A stretch of DNA of 64,000 nt. Source: an uncultured Actinomycetota bacterium (lineage in GTDB: Bacteria; Actinomycetota; Thermoleophilia; RBG-16-64-13). The position numbers were made by a program, and so were the translations under genes. Positions 43,146 through 51,293 of the stretch are shown here, one piece after another; position 1 is the stretch's first letter; each line of letters begins with the position of its first letter. A model generated the notes under the pieces. The model was given only the letters and a program-made list of their open reading frames with translations. It was not told the DNA's origin and did not search any database. Location: positions 1,391,056 through 1,455,055 of the forward strand of contig CAVTPV010000005.1 of assembly GCA_963736705.1 (NCBI GenBank). The letters run 5' to 3'.

Positions 43146-44704
43146 CAGTTGATCGTGAACACGGGGTTGGGCGTAGAGCCGGCCATGAAGGAACCGGTGG
43201 TGCTCGCACCGGTCACCGTCACCTGGTACCAGTCGCCGGAGATGACGTTCTGGTTGGTGGTCTTGTTCTTCTTGGCGGTGAACGAGTACGTAGCGTGCGC
43301 TCCCACGAACTTGACCGTGTAGCTGGTGCCCGTGTTGTTTCGGACCGAGACCGAGACCAGATGGGTGGTGGTCGTGGTGCTGGACGTGGACGTCGTGGTG
43401 CTGGACGTGGTCGTCACCGTTTCCAGAGTCGTGGTGGTGTTGGTCGGCGGGATGTAGGTCTCCGCCTGCGCGGCGGCGCCCGCATTGCCCGGGTCGCAGA
43501 CATCGACGGCCCAGAGCTGGTATTGGTAGTAGTTCTGGGTGCTCGCGTTGCCCCACGGATCGGTGTCCGATCCGACGTCGCCCACATCCTTGTAGGTGGT
43601 GAGGGCCGGGTCGAGGGCATTGGACACAGTCACCCAGGGGAACCAGCCGCTGGTCGAGTAGTCCCACTTGCGCCGTTGGAGTACCCAGTGGTCGCGGTCG
43701 CGCTCGGAGCCGCTCAGCCAGTTAAGGATGATCGTGTGGTTGTCGGTCTGAGGCGTCGCCACGAGTCCTGTAGGAGCGTCGGGATTCGTCCTTTCGACGC
43801 GCAGGCGCAGCCTCCAGGTGTTGCCGGGCTCGTTGTACTCGTTGTAGCAGACGGCCCGGCATTCCCAGTAGCCGTCGGGGACGATGGCCTCGTCGAACGT
43901 GTATTCGAACCAGACGTCTTGACAGTTGGCCACCGGCATCCTTGGTATAGCGGATGTCGCTGGTGCCGATCTTGTAGTCGCTCGCGGCACTGCCCAAGGG
44001 CACGGCCTGGCCCTGCGTCGTCGATCATGGCGGCGCGCATGTAGACGTTGCGCGCTGTGGGGGTGGACGCGGTCAGATCGTAGAAGATCAGCGCCCAGTC
44101 GGCCTGTGCCACATAGTACTTGAGGGTGGTGTTGTGAGTGTTCTGGAGGAGTCGTGAACGGAGATCCAAGCGGATCCGTGGCGGTGGGGGTGACGTCAAG
44201 GCTCGAGCCGCGCGGTCCTAGGAACTGCTGGTGGACCAGAGTGGTGACGGAGGCCGGTGAGACCCGAGGGGGAGCCTCCCAGCCGACGTTGACGGTCACC
44301 TCTTTGAGCGTTCCTTCTTGGTACGTCTGGTTGTTGACCACGTAGGTGACGGTGAAGCCCTGGTCGCGGACCGTCTCACTCGTGCCAAAAAGGCTCTCCA
44401 GCGTCCTGGTGCCCAGTGAGGCGTCTGACGTCTTTCATCTGCTCCGTGTAGATCTCGCGGTAGTCGAGCTGCCGGACCAGTTCCATCTTCTGCCTGGCGA
44501 CGTTGGTCGCGATGGAGCGCATGCGGATGGTGGAAGCTTGTGTGAGGCCGGTCACGAAGAGCGGCACAATGCCGGCCATGGCGATCAGGAGTATGACGGC
44601 GGCGACCATGACCTCGATGAGGGTCATGCCGCGATTTGCCGCGGATCTTGCGAGCCGTGGATGCCTGTGATGGAGTGGGCGGTTGAGAAAGAAGCGAAGC
44701 GCAT
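43145..44704 (-). CDS. modular PilV/GspI-like pilin with FN3 domain, Thr/Ser-rich linker and C-terminal beta domain (set B, first gene; about 4-5 frameshifts)
   Basis: MRFASFSTAHSITGIHGSQDPRQ..RG|MTLIEVMVAAVILLIAMAGIV, pilin core ...GFTVTYVV...LKEVTVNVGWE. FN3-like APTGLVATPQTDNHTIILNWL...YYQYQLWAVD at about 43487-43783. TNTTTTLETVTTTSSTTTSTSSTTTTT at about 43364-43447. GAAGGAG precedes ATG 44704. Confidence 0.7.
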
Positions 44705-44986
44705 CTTGTCTCCTTCGCTTCGTTGCAGAAGGTATCGGCAGGAGGCGGGCGGTTCTTTAGCCGGTCGGTCGGCAAGCAGTCTGTATAGGGGCGCGACGCG
44801 CGGGCGCGCGAGCCTGGCCGTTCGTCCAGGCCAAATTCGGACGAAAGTCGTAAAAGAAATCCTAATGTCCGGTCGCACACTGGCCGATGTATTCAGCGAC
44901 ACGTCAATACCGGCGTGTTGGGCCAGCGAAATGTTCGCGGCCCAGAGTAAAAAAGGGTCGCGAACACAAGAGGAGGAACACAAGGA

Positions 44987-45485
44987 ATGTTCACAAAGAT
45001 CCAAAAGAGGATGAAGGGCGAAAAAGGTTTCACCCTCATCGAACTCCTGGTGGTGATCATCATCATCGCCATCCTGGCCGCGATCGCCATCCCGACCTTC
45101 CTGGGCCAGCGTTCCAAAGCCCAGGACGCGAGCGCCAAATCGCTCGTCCGCAATGCCATGACCGCCATGGAATCCGCCTATGTCGACAGCCGCACATACG
45201 ACCCCACGACCGTTGACGCTGATGTTCTGAACGCCATCGAACCGTCTATCACCTTCGCCGCTGACGACGCCGCAGTCGCCGTTGGTGGCGGACACCCCTG
45301 CCATCACGGCCACCGCTGAGGCCGACGACGAGACCGTTGACTACTTCGGTACTGACGATAGCTACTCGATCGCCACCGTGTCTCTGTCCGGCAACCTGTT
45401 CGGTGTTGCTGCCGTCAAGAGCTCCGACGGCACCACCGAGTTCGTCAAGCAGATCGGCGACGGCGACGTGACCGTCGGCTGGTAG
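44987..45485 (+). CDS. type IV major pilin paralog 1 (1 frameshift near 45290)
   Basis: MFTKIQKRMKGEKG|FTLIELLVVIIIIAILAAIAIPTFLGQRSKAQDASAKSLVRNA... Ends ...GDGDVTVGW. GAGGAGG/AAGGA lies upstream. Confidence 0.85.
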
Positions 45486-45508
45486 CCTCTACTAGCTCCA
45501 GACCTTCC

Positions 45509-45534
45509 GTGGGGCCCCGTCATCGGGGCCCCAC
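45509..45534 (+). terminator. strong hairpin directly after pilin 1
   Basis: Perfect 11-bp stem GTGGGGCCCCG / CGGGGCCCCAC with a TCAT loop. No U-tract follows. Confidence 0.55.
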
Positions 45535-45646
45535 GCATGTCAACCGAACAGAGACGGAGGATGGGTAGGGCAAGATGACGACGGCGGCAACAGTGCAGAC
45601 GAGCATCGGCTCCCGGGTAGGACGGTAGAACGTCCTGGCTGGGATC

Positions 45647-46226
45647 GTGGTCATGGTAGTTCTTGCCGCTGTCGCTCTTCTCGTTGCGGGGTGTTCGGAC
45701 CTGGTGTCCCAGGCTCAAGACGCCGAATCGGCCGGAGACCTCAAGACGGCCGAAGCCCTCTACCAGGAGCAATTGCAGTCTCGATCCCGACGATCTCTCC
45801 GCCATCAAGGGCCTTGCTGGGATCCTGTACATGGAGCGGAGGTGGAACGAGGCGCTTCCCGTCCAGCAGAAGGCGATCACTCTCGATGCCAAAGAGGCCC
45901 AGATCCGCGTTGAACTGGGCTTCAACTATTTGAACCATCAGGATGCACCGGCCAATGCAGTGGCCGCGCTCCTGGAAGCCTGTGCGCTGGAGCCTACCGC
46001 TCAGTACTTCAGTTTTCTAGCGCAAGCGCAGGTGGCTTTGGATGACCGGAGTGGGGCAGAGACGAGTCTGCGCCGTGCCGTGGAGGCCGACAAGATGTAC
46101 GGCCGAGCGTACGCCCTTCTGATCTCACTTCTGGAGGAGGACGGCAAGACAGCTGAAGCAGCCGAAGTGCGCGCGACAGCTGATGCCGAAGGGGTCTCCC
46201 TGGAGTCCCCGGTCACGACCTCGTGA
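45647..46226 (+). CDS. TPR-repeat lipoprotein between the two pilin genes (1 frameshift near 45780; may start at ATG 45575 if the in-frame TAG at 45626 is an error)
   Basis: Lipobox LLVAGC|SD. TPR-like helices: GDLKTAEALYQEQLQLDPDDLSAIKGLAGILYMERRWNEALPVQQKAITLD..., ...AETSLRRAVEADKMYGRAYALLISLLEEDGKTAEA. Confidence 0.65.
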
Positions 46227-46269
46227 CCATCGCGTGGATGAAACCGAGCCGCGGAAGGAGGGTGCGGCT

Positions 46270-46815
46270 ATGAAGACCGTTAGAAACGATGGGGTGGAAG
46301 GCGTCACTCAGAGGATGATCCGCCGGCTGCGCAACGGGATGAGCGCGCAGCGGGGGTTCACCCTTATCGAGCTCCTGGTGGTGATCATCATCATCGCAGT
46401 ACTCGCGTCCATCGCTATCCCGACTTTCATGGGACAGCGGTTGCACGCGCAGGATGCGGCCGCCTATTCGCTGGTCCGGAACGCTCTGACCGCTATTCAG
46501 GGCGCTTTCGTCGATACCGGCGACTACAGAGACATCACCGTGGATCAGCTGACGCAGATCGAGCCGAGCATCACCTTCATTCTCAGTGATGAAAGCCTGG
46601 TCACCACCGATCCCGCCGCGATCACCGCGGAAGTCCCAGCGCAGGCGCGCGATCACGAAGTGGCTTTCTACGCCGAGAGCAAGAACCTTATAGACGTCGC
46701 CTGTGTTAGCGATAGCGGGAACCTGTTCGGCGTCCAATTGAACACCGTGAACATCACCGACAGTGGTTATGTCAAGGTGAAAGTCGTCGAGGAAGAGGCC
46801 AGCCTGGGCTGGTAG
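46270..46815 (+). CDS. type IV major pilin paralog 2
   Basis: Intact. ...RNGMSAQRG|FTLIELLVVIIIIAVLASIAIPTFMGQRLHAQDAAAYSLVRNA... Ends ...EEEASLGW. GGAAGGAGGG lies upstream. ATG 46315 is an alternative start. Confidence 0.85.
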   Translation: MKTVRNDGVEGVTQRMIRRLRNGMSAQRGFTLIELLVVIIIIAVLASIAIPTFMGQRLHAQDAAAYSLVRNALTAIQGAFVDTGDYRDITVDQLTQIEPSITFILSDESLVTTDPAAITAEVPAQARDHEVAFYAESKNLIDVACVSDSGNLFGVQLNTVNITDSGYVKVKVVEEEASLGW

Positions 46816-46943
46816 CCGGCCGGCGCCTCACGACAGCGCGTGTCTACGCTCGGGCATGTCCGCGCCCGGGCTGGACCGCCGCCATACCAGAATACGACCT
46901 AAGTAGCACGCCTGTTTCCCTCTTGGGCGTCTAGGCTTGGCCC

Positions 46944-47471
46944 ATGGAACGGCAAGCCCTCCTTACGCACAAGTGTTCGCGGCATCTCTGCCGCCACCCC
47001 TTCTTGCCCGCCGCTCAGGCCGGGCACACCCTCATCGAAGTAGTCACTGTTCTGTCCCTTCTCGGGCTGTGCTTTGTAGTAGGCGGAGCTTTCCTTGCTC
47101 GAGGCCTTGGCGCGGTGGAGGCTCGAGGCGCCGCCCAGGATTGGCAGGCGGCCGCGGCATGGGCGCAGGCGACGGCGATATGGCAAGGATCCGGCACCGA
47201 CATCGAGTTCGAATCGGGCAACGTGTCGGTGAATGCGGGAGCGGGCTCGAGTGGCGGGGACCTTGGAGCAGCGGCGCCCGCGGTGGATGTGGCTGTCAAC
47301 GTGGTCCGCTGGGAATCTGGCCGAGGAGTCGTGGTCCGTTTCACGGGCGGCACCGGTGCGCCGAACGCCGCGGGGTCGCTCTATTTCAAGGCTCCCGGCT
47401 ATGCCCAGCGGGTCACCGTGCGCTTGGAGAGCGGGTTGACCACTCGGGTGCGTGTTGAGGCCGGGCCATGA
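46944..47471 (+). CDS. GspH/FimT-like minor pilin (set C, first gene)
   Basis: ...AAQAG|HTLIEVVTVLSLLGLCFVVGGAFL is a class III signal with Glu5. 175 aa, intact. Confidence 0.7.
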   Translation: MERQALLTHKCSRHLCRHPFLPAAQAGHTLIEVVTVLSLLGLCFVVGGAFLARGLGAVEARGAAQDWQAAAAWAQATAIWQGSGTDIEFESGNVSVNAGAGSSGGDLGAAAPAVDVAVNVVRWESGRGVVVRFTGGTGAPNAAGSLYFKAPGYAQRVTVRLESGLTTRVRVEAGP

Positions 47472-48196
47472 GCCCGCGGGGCCAACGGGGCACGATACTG
47501 CTCGAAGTCCTCGTCGCAGTCGTACTGGTCGGACTGGTGGTGGGACCGCTCGCCACGGTGCTCGCCGGGCTCGTCGGACAGGCCCGGGCTGTGCGGGTGG
47601 CGGGAAGCGGCCGTTCGGTGGCCGACCGGGACGCGGGGAACGGACTCGAAGGGTGGGGGCCGCGTGTCGCGGCGGCGTCCTGGAGGCCCGGGCCGGTGCT
47701 GCGGCTGGCCACCGACCTGGCGGGGAGCCAGGACGGCGTCGAGGCCGTCGTGGGAATCTGGGTCGATGGGTGGGTCGTGGGGGAGATCCCGCTGGGCGCC
47801 GAAGATGGCGAGGCAGGGGTCCTGGGGCAGGTGACCGTTCCGGCCTCGGTGTGGAGTGGTCTTGCAGGAGGAGAAGCGGTGCTACGTGTGCGCACGGGGT
47901 CGGGGGCTTGGGGGCCTCCGTGGCGCTCGGCCGTGCCCGGGGTGGATGGGGCCGCTCCGCCCGTCGGCACGCTCTCGGGCGCGGAGCCGGCGGAGCCCAC
48001 CGCGGTGGTCCACAGGCCCGGCGCCGGCACCTCCAAGTTGACTGTCTCGTGGGCGGCCGCCCCGTTGTCCGCGCCGCCCTTCCCGCTGCTGTTCCGGGCG
48101 AGCGCTTCCGTGCAGGGCTGGGGCGAGGCGGCTCTCGATGGTGGTTCCCAGTGGTGGTGGATAGAGGAGGGGCGCAGTGTCGACGTCTACTACTGA
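47468..48196 (+). CDS. GspI/PilV-like minor pilin (set C, second gene)
   Basis: MSPRGQRG|TILLEVLVAVVLVGLVVGPL. ATGA overlap with the upstream stop. 242 aa, intact. Confidence 0.65.
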   Translation: MSPRGQRGTILLEVLVAVVLVGLVVGPLATVLAGLVGQARAVRVAGSGRSVADRDAGNGLEGWGPRVAAASWRPGPVLRLATDLAGSQDGVEAVVGIWVDGWVVGEIPLGAEDGEAGVLGQVTVPASVWSGLAGGEAVLRVRTGSGAWGPPWRSAVPGVDGAAPPVGTLSGAEPAEPTAVVHRPGAGTSKLTVSWAAAPLSAPPFPLLFRASASVQGWGEAALDGGSQWWWIEEGRSVDVYY

Positions 48197-48770
48197 GGCC
48201 GGCTTCTCGCTCATCGAGCTTCTGCTCGGCCTGGCTCTGTCCTTGTGTCTGGCGCTGGGTCTGGCCCCCGTGTGGGTGTCGTTCCAGGCGGTGGCGTCCG
48301 AGGAGGGGGATCGCACCGTGTGGCTGGCGCAGGCCCGGGTCGCCACCGCCCGGCTCGAGCGGGATGTGCGGGTGGCGGGGTTCGAGGCATGCCCCTTCCC
48401 CAACTCCAGCATCGTTCTGCAGGCCGGCCCATCCCAAGTGGTGATGCTCACGCGGCCCGGAGGGTCCGGCGCGACGGTCCTGGTGGAGTGGGAACTGGTC
48501 AACGGCACGCTGATGAGGCGTTGGGGCGGTTGTCCGGCCCTCCGTCCGGCGGCGTTTCCCCATTCTCTGTACAGCGACAACAAGACGATGCTCGAGAGGG
48601 TGGATACCGCCGGGTCGTCGTTCTCGTACCGGGTGGCGGGCAGGGAAGTGGCCTTGCCCGAGATCGACGATCTGGCATCCATCGATGAGGTGTCGGTGAG
48701 GCTCGCCGAGAAGGCTGATGCAACGACCGGCGCCTCAACGGTGACGGCCGCGGCGTTGGTGGGGCGATGA
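48177..48770 (+). CDS. GspJ/PilW-like minor pilin (set C, third gene)
   Basis: MSTSTTEAG|FSLIELLLGLALSLCLALGL..., ...ARLERDVRVAG... 197 aa, intact. Confidence 0.7.
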   Translation: MSTSTTEAGFSLIELLLGLALSLCLALGLAPVWVSFQAVASEEGDRTVWLAQARVATARLERDVRVAGFEACPFPNSSIVLQAGPSQVVMLTRPGGSGATVLVEWELVNGTLMRRWGGCPALRPAAFPHSLYSDNKTMLERVDTAGSSFSYRVAGREVALPEIDDLASIDEVSVRLAEKADATTGASTVTAAALVGR

Positions 48771-49755
48771 GGAGACTGATGCCGGCGGCGCGAAAGGGCG
48801 CGGCCGCCGAGCAGGGCGCGATACTACTGTTCGTGTTGTTCGTGGCGGTGGCGCTTGCCGTGCTGGCGCAGGCCTTGTCGGTGGCGGTGGTCTCGGTCCA
48901 GCGCGCCAGAGACGCCGAGAATACCGGGCGCGACCTGCTGGCCGAGAAGGGGCTGGCGCTCCTGGGCGAGCGCGACCGCCTTCTGGCGGAGTGGGCGCCT
49001 CACGAGTGGTCGCCGGTCGACGACGGGATGTCCGAAGTGAGCACGCTGGTGGAGACGATCCCCGATGGCGGCGAATGGGCTCTCGATGCGTCGGCGACGC
49101 ACGCACCGGAGACGTCCCCGCTTGTCCTTTCAGCGTGGGTGGAGCGTGGACGGGATGGTCTCGACCTGCCGATCGCCGGTCTCGTCGCCTCGGGTGCCAC
49201 GTGGACCGAGGGGCGGGAGACCGCCTGCGTGGACGCGGAGACCGCAGCCGCGGCCAGGCCGGCGGCCTGGCTGGTGGAGGAGCCGGATGATCTGCCGATG
49301 GGCGCCGGCCTGGAGGGCGGGTCTCTGGATGGGTCCTGGGGTCTGGGACGACGGTTGGGAAGGCCTGTTTGCGCGCTTTGACCAGGGAGCCGCGCCGGAC
49401 GGCTTTGGCCTCGGCCGCTCGGTCACCGTGGTGTCGGGCGAGCAAGGGCCAGACGGTGGCGTGGCCGCAGGGCCTGGCCGGGGAAGCCGGCGCCCCGACG
49501 CTTCTGGTGGTGATCGGCGGGGCGGATCTGAACGCGGCCGGTCTCGGGGACGTGTACGCGGTCGTGGTGTGCGACGGGGGAGGGGTTTCTCTGGAGGGCA
49601 CGCGTGTGCATGGTGGAGTCTTCGCGTCAGGGGAGGTGGATTTCGGGTCCACCGGAACGGTGTTGTTCGCTTCGGACATCGTCAGGTGGGCGGCTGACCG
49701 CTCCCTGTTGCGGGCGCGTCTGGTGCCGGGCAGTAGGAGGGAGGCGGTCGAGTGA
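48767..49755 (+). CDS. GspK/PilX-like pilin-like protein without Glu5 (set C, fourth gene; 2 frameshifts about 49340-49460)
   Basis: ...AAEQG|AILLFVLFVAVALAVLAQALSVAVVSVQRARDAENTGRD. C-terminal LLVVIGGADL...VYAVVVCDGGGVSLEGTRVHGGVFASG. ATGA overlap with the upstream stop. Confidence 0.65.
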
Positions 49756-49771
49756 AGGTATACTCAGGCCT

Positions 49772-50182
49772 ATGGACAAACGTTCTCGCATCTCCGACAA
49801 GTTCGTCGCGTGGAGGCGGCGCCTTCAGCGCACCCGGCTGGAATGCCGGGAGTGCGAGGTCATCTGCGAGAGGGTCGTCTCGCCTCAGCACTGCTTGGAT
49901 ACCGGCTGCAGTGCCGTCTATGTCTACGAGGACGACGACACGAAGATGTTCGGCTGCGTGCACAAGGTCTTCGCTCCCGAGCTGGACCTGTCAGTCTTCG
50001 AGCAGCGGCGGGGCCGGGCCCGGGGGGCGGACGTCTACGGCACCCTGAAGCTCTATCACTCGCCGCGGCGCCAGTGCAAAGTCACGGTGGAGCAGGGCTA
50101 TCCGGCCGCCGCGTCGACGCCTTGTCTGCAGCAATCCGACCTTCTATCCACCAACCAGCGGGCACTCCGGACGCAAGGATGA
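49772..50182 (+). CDS. small Cys-rich hypothetical protein
   Basis: ATG 49772 inside ORF 49604..50182. MDKRSRISDKFVAWRRRLQRTRLECRECEVICERVVSPQHCLDTGCSAVYVYEDDDTKMFGCVHKVF. Six Cys in the first 62 residues. No family recognised. Confidence 0.45.
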   Translation: MDKRSRISDKFVAWRRRLQRTRLECRECEVICERVVSPQHCLDTGCSAVYVYEDDDTKMFGCVHKVFAPELDLSVFEQRRGRARGADVYGTLKLYHSPRRQCKVTVEQGYPAAASTPCLQQSDLLSTNQRALRTQG

Positions 50183-50233
50183 AGCTCACCACGAACCTTC
50201 CCCCGGATCCTCAGCCTCAAGACTGACTGGAGC

Positions 50234-51178
50234 TTGATGGATCTTCAACTCGTCTTCCTCGGCACCGCCGGCGCCACTCCCACTGTGGACAGGGGCTCCC
50301 CGGCGACGCTGATCATGCGCGGCGGAGAGCGCATCCTCGTGGACTGCGGCGAGGGCACGCAGCGGCAGCTCATGCGCTCGGTCGGGCATGGCGCACATCG
50401 ACACCGATCCTCATCACCCACCTGCACGGCGACCACTATCTGGGCCTGCCCGGCTTGCTCAAGACGCTGAGCCTTGGCGGGCCGCGAGGAGCCGCTGCAG
50501 CTCTTCGGCCCCGTCGGGTCTGTACGAGCTGCTGCGGGAGGTGGAGCGGATCATCGGGCGGCCGCGGTTCCCGTTCCTGGTGGAGGAGGCGAAGCCGGGC
50601 ACCGTCTTCGAGATGCCGGACTACGCGGTGAAGGCCGCCGCGACCGAGCACGGCATGCCCGGGCTGGCCTGGTGCCTGGAGGAGAGGTCGCGGCTGGGGG
50701 TGTTCCATCCGGAGACGGGCGGTGGAGCTGGGCATCAAGCCGGGTCCCGATTTCGGCAGGCTGCAGAGGGGGGAGACCATCACCACCGCGGAGGGCAGGG
50801 TCGTCCAGCCCGGCGACGTCATGGACGAGGCCCGCCCCGGCCGGAAGATCGTCATCACCGGGGACACCCGGCCTACGCGAGGCCGTCGTCGAGCTGGCCC
50901 AGGGGGCGTCGGTCCTGGTGCACGACTCGACCTTCGCGGAGACCGAGAAGGACCGGGCCCTCGAGACCGGGCACTCCACCGCCAAGGAGGCGGCCGAGGT
51001 GGCCCGGGCCGCCGGAGTGGCCACGCTGGTGCTCACGCACCTGAGCTCCCGGCACAGCTGGCGGGAACTGCGCGACGAAGCCCGGCAGGTGTTCCCCGGC
51101 GCCCTGCTGCCGCGCGATCTGGACGTTCTCGTGGTGCCGTATCCGGACAAAGGCACCGCGCGTCTCGAACGGGTATAA
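50234..51178 (+). CDS. rnz: ribonuclease Z (about 5 frameshifts)
   Basis: [54 protein letters not shown] (HxHxDH), ...VHDSTF...[11 protein letters not shown]...LVLTHLSSR. Confidence 0.85.
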
Positions 51179-51186
51179 TGGCGCGT

Positions 51187-51207
51187 CGCCGGCTTCTGCA
51201 GCCGGCG
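51187..51207 (+). terminator. hairpin after rnz (8-bp stem, no U-tract)
   Basis: CGCCGGCT / AGCCGGCG with a TCTGC loop. Confidence 0.35.
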
Positions 51208-51220
51208 AGCTTCTCACCCC

Positions 51221-51293
51221 GCCCACGTAGCTCAGGGGATAGAGCACTGGCCTCCGGAGCCAGGTGTCGCAGGTTCGAATCCTGCCGTGGGCA
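51221..51293 (+). tRNA. tRNA-Arg (anticodon CCG)
   Basis: Hand-folded cloverleaf. Acceptor GCCCACG/CGTGGGC, D arm GCTC-AGGGGATA-GAGC, anticodon arm CTGGC-CTCCGGA-GCCAG, variable loop GTGTC, T arm GCAGG-TTCGAAT-CCTGC, discriminator A. CCA is not encoded. Confidence 0.9.

Noticed and set aside
44705-44986. Sigma-54 (GG-N10-GC) or clear sigma-70 promoters in the divergent region between set B and pilin 1
   Set aside because: No convincing match was found by eye. The best candidates have wrong spacing, so no promoter was called.
45626-45628. In-frame TAG as pyrrolysine or stop-codon recoding
   Set aside because: It is a single occurrence in an error-rich assembly, with no Pyl machinery in view. 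A base-call error or a downstream GTG start suffices.
46899-48563. 554-aa minus-strand ORF opposite minor-pilin set C
   Set aside because: It is extremely Arg/Pro-rich low-complexity sequence typical of antisense frames in 70% GC DNA. The plus-strand genes have pilin signals and coupled stop-start overlaps.
51221-51293. tRNA-Arg as the integration site of a pilus genomic island
   Set aside because: There is no integrase, and no direct repeat of the tRNA 3' end was found on the other side of the locus. rnz also lies between the locus and the tRNA.
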